A stretch of DNA of 64,000 bases from Gemmatimonadaceae bacterium (GTDB lineage: Bacteria; Gemmatimonadota; Gemmatimonadetes; Gemmatimonadales; Gemmatimonadaceae): NCBI GenBank assembly GCA_045803545.1, contig JBJMOW010000004.1, positions 768,001-832,000 of the forward strand, written 5' to 3'. Positions within the stretch are counted from its first letter, which is position 1. Each line of letters opens with the position of its first letter. Shown piece by piece: positions 27,496 to 36,984 of the stretch. The translations under genes and the position numbers were made by a program. A model generated the notes under the pieces. That model searched no databases. It had not been told where the DNA came from and saw only the letters and a list, made by a program, of their open reading frames with translations.

Positions 27496-28587
27496 TCAGG
27501 CAGTCCGGAGAACCGTGGTGGGCTCCGACTGGCTTAGCAGCTCACGCACCCGCGGAATGACTTCGCGACCATACAGCTCGATGCTTCGCATCATGGCCTC
27601 ATGAGGCAGCGGTCCCGAGCTGTATTTCAGCTGGAAACGCGACAGGCCGAGCGCCTTGACTGTTGCCGCGATTTTCCCAGCTACGACATCAGGTGAGCCG
27701 AGATACATTGACCCGCGCTCGATTTCCGACTCGAATTCGGCGCGGCTGGTCGGGCCCCAACCACGCTCGGCGCCGATTCGGTTGCGCATTTCGCGATAGG
27801 CCGGCCAGACAGTTTCGCGCGCCTCTTCGTCGGACTCCGCCACAAAGCCGGGTGAGTGAACGCCGATCGGTAGCTCGGGCATGCCGAGGTCGGCGAGTGA
27901 CTGCCGATAGAGATCGACGTATGGCAGGAAGCGACGCGGATTGCCGCCAATGATCGCGAGCATCAGTCGCATGCCGTAACGCGCGGCGCGCAGGACCGAT
28001 TCAGGACTGCCGCCAACGCCTACCCACGTTGTAAGTGCCTGCTCGGTAGCAGGGAATACACGCTGGTTGACGAGCGGAGCGCGCGTTGTTCCATGCCAGG
28101 TCACCGGCTCGCCCGTCCGATCTTTCTCGAGCAGTGCGGCGAATAGCTCGAGCCGCTCCTCGAACAGCGTCTCGTAATCGTCCAGCGAATAACCAAAAAG
28201 CGGGAACGACTCCGTAAACGAGCCCCGTCCGAGAATGATTTCGGCGCGTCCGTTCGAGATTGCATTGAGAGTGGAGAAGCGCTCAAACACACGGACTGGA
28301 TCATCCGAGCTGAGGACCGTCACGGAAGTTCCCAGCTTGATGCGGCTGGTCTGACCGGCAATGGCGGCGAGAACGATCTCGGGTGACGACACCGCGAAGT
28401 CGGGACGATGGTGTTCGCCGACGCCGAAGAAATCGACACCCAGCTGGTCTGCAAGCACTGCCTCGTCGACGACATGTCGAATGACCTGAGCGTGTGATTC
28501 AGAACTGCCGTCGGCGGCGCGGGTGACGTCGCCGAAGGTGTCGAGTCCAAGCTCGAGCTGAGCGTTCATTGATTGGGGGTCGTTCAT
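27496..28587 (-). CDS. LLM-class flavin-dependent oxidoreductase
   Basis: GVGEHHRPDF, VLSSDDPVRVF, GRGSFTESFPLFG. Confidence 0.95.
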   Translation of the reverse strand: MNDPQSMNAQLELGLDTFGDVTRAADGSSESHAQVIRHVVDEAVLADQLGVDFFGVGEHHRPDFAVSSPEIVLAAIAGQTSRIKLGTSVTVLSSDDPVRVFERFSTLNAISNGRAEIILGRGSFTESFPLFGYSLDDYETLFEERLELFAALLEKDRTGEPVTWHGTTRAPLVNQRVFPATEQALTTWVGVGGSPESVLRAARYGMRLMLAIIGGNPRRFLPYVDLYRQSLADLGMPELPIGVHSPGFVAESDEEARETVWPAYREMRNRIGAERGWGPTSRAEFESEIERGSMYLGSPDVVAGKIAATVKALGLSRFQLKYSSGPLPHEAMMRSIELYGREVIPRVRELLSQSEPTTVLRTA

Positions 28588-28637
28588 GTTTATCGGTCGT
28601 TTCTGTCGTGAAAAGCGCTGGCCAGGCATGCGCAGTC

Positions 28638-28676
28638 CTATACTTTCTATAGTAAGAACTATACTTTAGCAAGTAA
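28638..28676. promoter_or_regulatory. Tandem HxlR-type operators
   Basis: CTATACTTT-ctat-AGTAA and CTATACTTT-agca-AGTAA, 21 bp apart, each a TACT-N6-AGTA palindrome. Confidence 0.7.
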
Positions 28677-28713
28677 CTAGTGTCAAGCTAGCGTCGCCGC
28701 TATATTGATAAAC

Positions 28714-29133
28714 ATGCCACGCACCCGTGCCCGACGGCGAACGAGTCGGCCGAAACCAGTCGTTGCGCGCGCGCAGCTCAGCGACGACTCTGAACGCGAG
28801 GTCTGTGCGCGATTTCATCAGGCCATCGAGCTGATCGGGCGGCGATGGACTGGTGCGATCCTCCAAATCCTGCTCAAGGGCCCCGCGCGATTCAGCGTCA
28901 TCAAGTCCGCGCTTCCGGAGATGACCGATCGGATACTCAGCGAGCGATTGCGCGAGCTGCAGGCCGAGGGTCTGCTTAGCCGTTCGGCGTATCCGAGCGT
29001 CCCGGTGCGTGTCGACTACGCCCTGACCGAGAAGGCGCGTGACCTGACCCCGATGCTCGAGGGTCTCGCCGACTGGGCGCATCGTTGGCTTCCGGCACCC
29101 AGGGCGGAGCAGAAGCACTCACACCACCGTTGA
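28714..29133 (+). CDS. HxlR-family regulator
   Basis: CARFHQAIELIGRRWTGAIL, LSERLRELQAEG, VRVDYALTEK. Confidence 0.92.
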   Translation: MPRTRARRRTSRPKPVVARAQLSDDSEREVCARFHQAIELIGRRWTGAILQILLKGPARFSVIKSALPEMTDRILSERLRELQAEGLLSRSAYPSVPVRVDYALTEKARDLTPMLEGLADWAHRWLPAPRAEQKHSHHR

Positions 29134-29257
29134 CGTTTACCGCACGTAGACATATCGGCCGTCCGGTAATGAAAGGACGACGGGCTCCATTTCGTAGCTC
29201 TGTTGGTCTAACCAGAAGAATTCACTTCATTCGCTGACCAATCGCGTCGAGGCAATA

Positions 29258-30703
29258 ATGTCGAAATCATGGCCATGCATGCTGGGCACGCTATTAATCG
29301 TGGTCGCGGGTTCAAGCCCCGCCCCCGCCCAAGCCACCGAAATCGTGGTAGCGCAAGGTCCGCAGGTCGCCGACTCTCCCGCTGAGCGACAGTTCCGCGC
29401 GTGGTTGGCGGCGTTCAACCAGGGCGATCGCGCGGCGCTGGAGAAGTTCATCAGCGACAACTATCCGTCCGCAGTCGGCAGAATCGATAACGAAATGAAT
29501 TTTCGCGCCGGCACCGGCGGGTTCGATTTCCGAAAAGCAGTGAGCGCGACTGCAACGGAGTTCACGGCGCTGGTTCAGGAAAAAAACTCTGACCAGTTCG
29601 CGCGAGCAGTATTAACGGTCGACTCGGGCGAGCCACACCGGATTCTCAGCCTCGGTCTTCGTGCCATTCCCCGTCCCCCGGAATTTGCCCTCCCTCGGCT
29701 GACTGAAGCCGAGCTGGTGAAAGAGCTGGGCCGCAAACTGAACGACGATTCCAGGAAGGGTTTGTTCTCGGGAGCGGTTCTGATCGCGCGCCAGGGCAAG
29801 CCCATTTTTTCGAGTGCCTACGGGATGGCCAATCGCGAGACGAAAGAGCCCAACAAGCTGACGACGCGTTTTCGCATGGGCTCGATGAACAAGATGTTCA
29901 CCGCGACGGCGATCATGCAGCTCGTGCAGGCGGGGAAGATCAAGCTCGACGATCCGCTCGGAAAATTTCTCACCGACTATCCCAACAAGGATGTCGCGTC
30001 GAAGGTGACCATCCATCATTTGCTGACTCACACCGGCGGGACCGGCGACATCTTCGGCCCCGAGTTCGACACCCACCGTCTCCAGCTTCGGACGCTCAAC
30101 GACTACATCAAGCTTTACGGCTCACGCGCTCTCGCGTTCCAGCCCGGGACGCAGTGGGACTACAGTAATTACGGATTCATTCTGCTCGGCGCGATCGTCG
30201 AGAAAGTTTCGGGGCAGAGCTACTACGACTACGTGCGCGATCACATCTTTACGCCGGCCGGTATGACACGCACGGCATCGGATCCGGAAGATGTGCTGGT
30301 TCCCGATCGCGCCATCGGCTACATGGGAGCTGGCGACGCATCGAAGCCAAACACGGAGACTCTTCCATATCGCGGCACGTCCGCAGGCGGCGGATACACG
30401 ACCGTCGAGGATCTGCTTCGCTTTGCCAACGCGCTCACCGGACACAAGCTCCTGAATGAGCGTTATACCGAACTGCTAACCACTGCCAAGCCGGAGACAG
30501 GTGATGCGCACTACGCCTACGGCTTCCAGGACGAAGTGCGCGGAGGTCTTCGCAGCTTCGGTCACAGTGGCGGCGCACCGGGCATGAATGGGGATCTGCA
30601 GATCTTTCCCCAGACCGGTTACGTCGTGATTGCGCTGGCCAACATGGACAGGGGAGCAGGAAGAACCACCAGCTGGATCTCGGAACGGCTGCCGGCAAAG
30701 TAG
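29258..30703 (+). CDS. Serine hydrolase, beta-lactamase/S12 family
   Basis: GSMNK (SxxK), LLTHTGG, YSN, GHSGG; signal peptide. Confidence 0.93.
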   Translation: MSKSWPCMLGTLLIVVAGSSPAPAQATEIVVAQGPQVADSPAERQFRAWLAAFNQGDRAALEKFISDNYPSAVGRIDNEMNFRAGTGGFDFRKAVSATATEFTALVQEKNSDQFARAVLTVDSGEPHRILSLGLRAIPRPPEFALPRLTEAELVKELGRKLNDDSRKGLFSGAVLIARQGKPIFSSAYGMANRETKEPNKLTTRFRMGSMNKMFTATAIMQLVQAGKIKLDDPLGKFLTDYPNKDVASKVTIHHLLTHTGGTGDIFGPEFDTHRLQLRTLNDYIKLYGSRALAFQPGTQWDYSNYGFILLGAIVEKVSGQSYYDYVRDHIFTPAGMTRTASDPEDVLVPDRAIGYMGAGDASKPNTETLPYRGTSAGGGYTTVEDLLRFANALTGHKLLNERYTELLTTAKPETGDAHYAYGFQDEVRGGLRSFGHSGGAPGMNGDLQIFPQTGYVVIALANMDRGAGRTTSWISERLPAK

Positions 30704-30717
30704 CCGGTGCGAGCTTC

Positions 30718-31188
30718 TCACCGCGACTGATGCAGCTTCGTCTGCTGGTCCGGGGTGAGTACGTTCTTGATTCGGATCATCAGACTGAGCTGAGCTCGCT
30801 TGATTTCGCGCTCCACACCGAGCACGCGATCGACTTGCTCGAGCACCTGCGCTTCGTCCACTTTCGCCGGCTGTAGAAGGCGCTGCAGACTCTCTACCTC
30901 AGAGCTCATTTTGAACTGCAGCCCGACGAACTTGCTTTGGGCATCGGTCATCGCCTGCTGCACGGCGTTTCGCTGGGCGTCGCTCAGACCGATCGCGCGC
31001 TGGTTCGCCATGATCAGCTCGGGTGGGTATAGATAGCGCGCGATGGGGTCGCCGCCACCCGGCCCGCAATCGCTGGCGGGATGCGGAGTTCCATCGATCA
31101 CGCACCCTGGGCCCCGGTTTGGATCCTGGGCATGCGCAACTGACGTGACTCCCACAACGAGCGCTATTACCGCAAAAGTTTTTCGCAT
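30718..31188 (-). CDS. Spy/CpxP-like periplasmic protein
   Basis: Signal peptide; GLSDAQR and LTPDQQ (LTxxQ) motifs. Confidence 0.82.
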   Translation of the reverse strand: MRKTFAVIALVVGVTSVAHAQDPNRGPGCVIDGTPHPASDCGPGGGDPIARYLYPPELIMANQRAIGLSDAQRNAVQQAMTDAQSKFVGLQFKMSSEVESLQRLLQPAKVDEAQVLEQVDRVLGVEREIKRAQLSLMIRIKNVLTPDQQTKLHQSR

Positions 31189-31207
31189 CAGATCTCCTTG
31201 GTTTCGA

Positions 31208-31582
31208 TCAATCGGTTTTTGTGAGAGGCGTGCTCCTGATGCCATCGAAGACGGAAGAGAGCAGGGGCGGCGGCGGCAACAGACTGTGCGCCGCCGACCG
31301 CAGCAGGCTGGCGGTCGGCGATTGCCAGGCAGTGATGGTTGTTGGCTCGGCACCGCGCCGAGGCGCGGCTCGGTTCCAGGGCTGCGCGACGAGCAACGCA
31401 ATGATTAGGATCGACGCTGCCCAGGCGAGCCATTGCACAACTTGCCGGCGATTACGTGGCATTCTTCCCGACCGAAGCGCGGCCCAGTTCCGAATGGGCT
31501 CGAACGGCGGTGCGCCGCGCAGATCGTGCTCACGCATCGCCTCGAACCGGGCGCGGAGCTCGTCGTGGTTCAATTCAGTCAC
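31208..31582 (-). CDS. Putative single-TM anti-sigma factor
   Basis: WLAWAASILIIALLV TM; overlaps the ECF sigma stop. Confidence 0.7.
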   Translation of the reverse strand: MTELNHDELRARFEAMREHDLRGAPPFEPIRNWAALRSGRMPRNRRQVVQWLAWAASILIIALLVAQPWNRAAPRRGAEPTTITAWQSPTASLLRSAAHSLLPPPPLLSSVFDGIRSTPLTKTD

Positions 31583-32157
31583 CTATGGTCCTCATCACCG
31601 AGCTTTTGGGCGAGCGCCTTCTTGCCACGCTCGTAGTGCGTGCGCGCAGAGCCGAGCGAGACACTCATCACGCCGGCAGCTTCATTGATCGTCAGGCCGT
31701 GATAGAACACCAGCTGTAATACCTCTCTCTGTCGTCTCGACAAATCGTTGAGCGCGTGAATCAAGCGCGCGCGCAGATCCGACTGTTCGACCGTCTCGTC
31801 GGCGCCGCGCGCCGAGTCGACGAAATCTTCGGCCGCCGTGGCGCTCACATGCCGCCGCTTCCAGAACAATTGTCGGCGTCGCTCGCCAAGCGCGGTCCAC
31901 CGAATTACGCCGAACACCCACGTCTTGAGAGTCGAATCGCCGTTGAAGAGTGCGCGTCGCGAAATGATGCTCACATACGCTGTCTGCAGGACATCCTCCG
32001 CCAAGTCCCTGTCTCGGCCGCAGCACGCCAGCGCCCAGCCCCAGCTTTCCGGGTGCAACAATCCCAGCTCTCGCTCCAAATCGCATTGATCCATCGCGTC
32101 GGTCCGTGGCTGGAACGTTGTGTCGTTGCTAATGAGTGCCGTCAGCGCGGCATCCAT
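31579..32157 (-). CDS. ECF RNA polymerase sigma factor
   Basis: DLAEDVLQ, KTWVFGV, LSRRQREVLQLVFYHGLTINEAA, SARTHYERGK; alternative start 32094. Confidence 0.92.
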   Translation of the reverse strand: MDAALTALISNDTTFQPRTDAMDQCDLERELGLLHPESWGWALACCGRDRDLAEDVLQTAYVSIISRRALFNGDSTLKTWVFGVIRWTALGERRRQLFWKRRHVSATAAEDFVDSARGADETVEQSDLRARLIHALNDLSRRQREVLQLVFYHGLTINEAAGVMSVSLGSARTHYERGKKALAQKLGDEDHR

Positions 32158-32171
32158 ATGACAATGGATCG

Positions 32172-33380
32172 TTAGATCTTCATTGCCGGTGCGCGGCCGT
32201 AGGTGATCGTTCGCCACACCCACTCGACCGGCCCATAGCGGAATCGGGCAAGCCACCACGTGCTCGCGACCATCTGGCTTGCAAACAGGATCAGCGTGAG
32301 GAGAAAACACCCAGAGACACCGACGCGGCCGTACCAGCCGAGGCCGTAACTGTAGAAGAGAAGCGTGCACACGATTGACTGGGTGAGGTAGGTCGTCAGC
32401 GCCATCCGTCCCGTCGCTGCCAGCGGTCGAAGTACGCGCTCGCCGCGCGGGCGCTGCCAGATCAGGAGTAGGATGCACGCGTACGCGATGGCGGTGCCTT
32501 CCGTCGCCCAATCGAAAAACTTCAACACAAACGCCCGCAACATTGCGAATTGGAAGTGGGGATAAGGAAATGGTTGCATGGGGCCGGTCGGGAGCACCGG
32601 AGGCCATATCCTCCCAGCGAAGTTCCAGCTCGCGTAGCCGATAGCCGCGGCGACGAGCGACAATGCGAGAAGACGGCGCGTGACACGAGGTTCGTCGATC
32701 ACTCGGCGCAAGTACCCGCTCTTGATGGACCAAAGTCCAATCAGGAACGACGCGAGGATGCTCACATATGACGTGAGGCCAAAATTGCGGAGCCAATCGA
32801 GGTACTCACCGACGCGAACGCGCTCGATCTGGAGCCATGTGCCGTGACCATAAATCGCCGTCCGCGCGGTCCAGGATAAGCCCGGCACCATGAAGCGCAG
32901 TCCTGAGAGGAACATCAGATCTCGAACGATGAGTGGGCCGATGAACCAGAGCAGGGCTGCTGCGATCAGGATCGTTCGCGTGCTTGCAGTCCGGAACATC
33001 ACCAGTGCGAAGGCAACGAGCGCGTAGATGGTGAGGATATCGCCGCTCCAGATCAGCGTGCCGTGTACGATGCCAATAGCTAGGAGTGCGGCCGAACGGC
33101 GGTAGTAGGTGTTGCGCAGATCCGTCGCGAGAGTATCCGCGCGTAAAAGCTGAATACCGAACCCGATGCCGAACAACAGGATCAGCAGAGAATAGAAGCG
33201 GCTTTCCAGCAGCCACTGTTGTGTCCACCACAGGGCGTGATCGAGTGCCGTAACCGATTCATGTTTCGCGTAGTTGTCGTTGAGGTTAGACCACAACACG
33301 CCGAACATCGCCCATCCGCGCAGCAAGTCGAGAGCGCGGATGCGTTCTTGTGGTGCGACAGGTCGCAAGACGTCAGTCAC
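32172..33380 (-). CDS. DUF418 (YeiB-like) membrane protein
   Basis: ERIRALDLLRG, GDILTIY, GRMALTTYLTQS, FRYGPVEWVWR. Confidence 0.92.
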   Translation of the reverse strand: MTDVLRPVAPQERIRALDLLRGWAMFGVLWSNLNDNYAKHESVTALDHALWWTQQWLLESRFYSLLILLFGIGFGIQLLRADTLATDLRNTYYRRSAALLAIGIVHGTLIWSGDILTIYALVAFALVMFRTASTRTILIAAALLWFIGPLIVRDLMFLSGLRFMVPGLSWTARTAIYGHGTWLQIERVRVGEYLDWLRNFGLTSYVSILASFLIGLWSIKSGYLRRVIDEPRVTRRLLALSLVAAAIGYASWNFAGRIWPPVLPTGPMQPFPYPHFQFAMLRAFVLKFFDWATEGTAIAYACILLLIWQRPRGERVLRPLAATGRMALTTYLTQSIVCTLLFYSYGLGWYGRVGVSGCFLLTLILFASQMVASTWWLARFRYGPVEWVWRTITYGRAPAMKI

Positions 33381-33401
33381 GCTCGCGCCTTTTGGAAGCA
33401 G

Positions 33402-34817
33402 TCATGTGCACGATTGCGACTGAAGCCATGCGACCGCGCGATCGATTTGTGGATCGTTCGCCGCGCCAGTAGCTGGAGCTACAATCACTTCGTCTGGAGA
33501 AATCTCCTGACCGTAACGCTTTCCCGTTCGGTCGGTCTCCACTGCCACCGTCAACAGAATCAGCGCCCCGTCCGGCAACTTCATGTCAGTGTTGGACGTC
33601 GAAAGACCGGCCGTCGGCAATCCAAATGAGCGAGTCCGTGGTCTGCCGATGAAAGAAATGGCGACCGCCTCGCCGGAGCTCGCCGTTTTTGGGCCGGTAA
33701 GTACGGCGACATTAGCCGACTCCAGCGCCGCAAGCGAAGCAGGCGGCTTGACGTCAACTTGATCGCGCGCGTGCCAGAGCGGCTTTGTGCTAGTGGGAGA
33801 GACAAAGGAGCCGAGTCCAACTTCTCCGAGGAATGGGCGGAGCCCGCCGAGCATCGGCCACATGTTACCACCGCCGTTGGTGCGGAGATCGACGATCCAC
33901 CTGCAACTCCCGGCGCCATTCGCTACAGCGGCATTCAGCGAGTCATACACCGTTCGCGCATAGGTTTCGGCGGCGGCCTTGTCGACACCGCTGTACGCTG
34001 GAACCGAGATGTAGCCGACTCCACTGGCTTGCACCCGAACGAGCGGTCGCGGATTCTCCGCACCGCCGGTTCTTAACGCTGTCGCGGCTTTTGGCTGCAT
34101 GAGGAAGCTATGATGATCGCCCAGTCGCTTTAGCAGCGCACGGATTGCGGGATATGTCTCGGCAGCCGTTTCCGATCCCGCGGCAATGGTGCGCACATCT
34201 TTCTCGACCGCGCTCCACGTTACAGTATCACGCCACAGCGACGCGCGGCGGACGATCGCGAATGCAGAATCCAGCTCCCGCTGTGCGTCTGGCGCGAGTG
34301 GAGCGTCGGCAGATACCGGTGGCCGGACAGTGATGCGAACATTTCGCGCAGTAGCCTCGCCGGCGCCGGCAAGCAACAATCCGAAGGCGAGTCTGGTCGC
34401 GGAACCCGGCACGTTCATCGTCACGTCGAAGTGGCTTGGGGCCGACGTCGTTCCCTTGATCCCTCGATCCATGCCGTTGTCGAGTACCAGCATTGTTCTA
34501 CCGCTGTCGGCCCGCAGCCATAAGGACGCAGATTGTGAGACTTCTTTCGTCTCGATGTCGGCGGATATCCGGACGCGGCGACCAGCGAGCGTGTCGGCGT
34601 TTATCATGGCAGTGGCTGCACCAAAGCCGCTCACCGCTGGATTCGTCGACTGCAACGAGAGTGTTGCACCGTCCGCGCTCATCGGCGAACCATCGGCAGA
34701 CATAGTGTAGGCCGTTGAAGATCCACTGAGCATCCATCTGAGCGGGATCTGGCCATCCGCGACTTGCGTTGCGGAAAGGATCGGAAGGAGGGAAGAGATG
34801 AGGTGGCGAAATTGCAT
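33402..34817 (-). CDS. S41 family peptidase with N-terminal beta-sandwich domain
   Basis: LGDHHS, VDLRTNGGG, TASSGE, FGLPTAG, ISPD. Confidence 0.92.
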   Translation of the reverse strand: MQFRHLISSLLPILSATQVADGQIPLRWMLSGSSTAYTMSADGSPMSADGATLSLQSTNPAVSGFGAATAMINADTLAGRRVRISADIETKEVSQSASLWLRADSGRTMLVLDNGMDRGIKGTTSAPSHFDVTMNVPGSATRLAFGLLLAGAGEATARNVRITVRPPVSADAPLAPDAQRELDSAFAIVRRASLWRDTVTWSAVEKDVRTIAAGSETAAETYPAIRALLKRLGDHHSFLMQPKAATALRTGGAENPRPLVRVQASGVGYISVPAYSGVDKAAAETYARTVYDSLNAAVANGAGSCRWIVDLRTNGGGNMWPMLGGLRPFLGEVGLGSFVSPTSTKPLWHARDQVDVKPPASLAALESANVAVLTGPKTASSGEAVAISFIGRPRTRSFGLPTAGLSTSNTDMKLPDGALILLTVAVETDRTGKRYGQEISPDEVIVAPATGAANDPQIDRAVAWLQSQSCT

Positions 34818-35003
34818 GGGGGCGGGCTCCAAAAAAGACTCTATTTAATTGGAGTATCCTCGGCCAGAGAGCGTTGAGATTTCGTCCTCGGTGAATGCCC
34901 CTACGTCATCGTGGACATCACGACCCTTACTATAGAAGTGTCATTCGGCTGGATAGCGTGGAAAAACCGCGTGACCGCATTCACGTTCCGCAAACCGCGG
35001 GCG

Positions 35004-35312
35004 TTAACGCAAGATGGATGGCAAGAGGAACACGACCTTGAGGATCAGGAAAAGAAGGGTCATCGCGGAGACACCAAGCAGTAGCATACCACGCTGTCGG
35101 AGCTGCCATCCGCGCGGAGTGTAAAGCGACATTAACCGCGGCCTTAACTCAGGATTGCGAATTTGAGCTCCCCTTGGGGCTAGAGCATTAGAGAGAGATC
35201 GTACTTCCTCGAGGGTGGCTCCCGGAGCCAGGTGCTTCATGGCACGCAGGTTTACCCACATGCTCAATGCGTACGATACACCGGCGAGAATTATGAGTAA
35301 GGCGATGAGCAT
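35004..35312 (-). CDS. Small two-TM hypothetical protein
   Basis: Hydrophobic ends; lower GC than neighbours. Confidence 0.55.
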   Translation of the reverse strand: MLIALLIILAGVSYALSMWVNLRAMKHLAPGATLEEVRSLSNALAPRGAQIRNPELRPRLMSLYTPRGWQLRQRGMLLLGVSAMTLLFLILKVVFLLPSILR

Positions 35313-35470
35313 TGGCGCTCGACTTTAAACGGTAATGGGCCAGGCTACAGGCCGCGGTCGGTCATCCAGTCGGCCCGGACAATGAAACCGATTCTGAAAT
35401 CCATTTCTCAGATACAGTGACGGGTTGAAGCACCCCGCGGTCACGCTGGTTGCGCAGGATCAACGAGCTA

Positions 35471-36808
35471 TCAACGGCTATCATTCCGCCGAACTTTCGG
35501 AAAGTGCAGATGTTCGTCGTGCATTGCCCAGGTGCCACCGCTCCAGTCGATCTCGCTGACAGAGCCGGTCGAGTCGGAACGAAATCTCACCTTCGCATAA
35601 TCGGCGAATGAGTAGAACGTGGAATCGTCGAGCGCGAGCAGAAATCTCTCGCCCCAACGCATCAGGCTGGGCGACGCGAACGCGACGCTGTTTATGTCGC
35701 CGCCGCCAGTATCGTAGTCACCGACGAGTCTCTGCTGCGCGGCAGCCGAGAGTGCGACGGCCTTTGGCTGCGGAACCACCGGAGGCCGGACATTCTCTCC
35801 GGCGACGATCCGCGGAATCTGGTGTCGTATGAGATCGGTGGCACCCAGACGCAGGTTGCTGAAATAGATCACCGTCAATGAATCGGCTGGGTACCAGTCG
35901 GCGACGGTGCGGAAACCGTCACCTTCGCCGTTCCAGTGTAGACCGTCAGGCTCCATCAGCGCTGCGCGCGCAGTCGAGCCGTATGCACCGTTCACGAGTC
36001 CGCGTATCACCAGAAAAATGTCGTGCGGCGTCGTGTACACCGAGCCTGCGCCGACGAGGAATGACAGATCCCTGAGTGGTGGGTTGATGAATCCGTCGCG
36101 AACCGGAATCGCACTGCTTGCGCGCCCAGGAAGAATCATCCGACTGTCGATGTGTCTGATCGTCTTCGCGGACACTGGAAGCGCCACGTAATGCTGCAGA
36201 AATTCGTCGTACGTTTGCTTTCCCGCGCGCTCCAGTACCGCGGCCAGAATGGAATAGCCGCCAGAGCTGTAGCTCTCGCTGTCGCCGGGCTGGAACAGCA
36301 ACGGTACGCCGTTGGCGATCTCCACCATTTCCTGCGCGGTACGAGGCATTGCCTGCTCTGAATCCGGCAGCAGCCGGTGCGGCACTCCCGCGCGATGATC
36401 GATCAATTGCTTTACGGTCATCTTGGATCCGTAGACGTAGTTCGGCAGCCACTTCGAAACCGTGTCTCCCCAGGAAAGTTGTTTCTCGTCGCTCAGGCGC
36501 GCGGCGATTATGACCGTCAGCGGCTTGGTAATCGATGCAATGTTCGTCGGCGTACTCGGAGTGAAACGGACGCCGAGCTCATAGTTGGCCAAACCGAACG
36601 ACCGCTCGAGGAGAATGCGATTGCCGCGTGCCACGAGCAGGGTTCCTGAGAGCTCGTGATTCGCGAGCGGAGCTATGTAGTCGTTCACATGGCGAACGAC
36701 CTCCGCATCGGCAAGGCGCGGGCGCTTTGCCTGCGCAAATGCGACCAGCGGAAGAAAAGAAATCGCGAAGCGAACAACCATTTTCATGAGCTTCAACTGC
36801 ATGACCAC
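35471..36808 (-). CDS. Serine hydrolase, beta-lactamase family
   Basis: ASITK, LIDHRAG, YSS, HWNG; start uncertain by a few codons. Confidence 0.9.
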   Translation of the reverse strand: MVMQLKLMKMVVRFAISFLPLVAFAQAKRPRLADAEVVRHVNDYIAPLANHELSGTLLVARGNRILLERSFGLANYELGVRFTPSTPTNIASITKPLTVIIAARLSDEKQLSWGDTVSKWLPNYVYGSKMTVKQLIDHRAGVPHRLLPDSEQAMPRTAQEMVEIANGVPLLFQPGDSESYSSGGYSILAAVLERAGKQTYDEFLQHYVALPVSAKTIRHIDSRMILPGRASSAIPVRDGFINPPLRDLSFLVGAGSVYTTPHDIFLVIRGLVNGAYGSTARAALMEPDGLHWNGEGDGFRTVADWYPADSLTVIYFSNLRLGATDLIRHQIPRIVAGENVRPPVVPQPKAVALSAAAQQRLVGDYDTGGGDINSVAFASPSLMRWGERFLLALDDSTFYSFADYAKVRFRSDSTGSVSEIDWSGGTWAMHDEHLHFPKVRRNDSR

Positions 36809-36984
36809 TCCAGCCTCAGGGGTGCTGAAATATCAGCATAGCCGAGCGGAATGCAAGCGGGAAGCTTGTGAACGCTCCGTAAAATCGTTGGGAGCATCAA
36901 CCTGCGGTGTCACCGAGATAAAGCGCAAGCAAAGATGCTTGTCGGTCAGGGAAGAGGTCCGACGATTAGGCGTGCGTTGCTCCC

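Noticed and set aside
29258..36808. Two beta-lactamase-fold genes as resistance determinants
   Set aside because: The motifs fit general S12 serine hydrolases; nothing here indicates true beta-lactamase activity.
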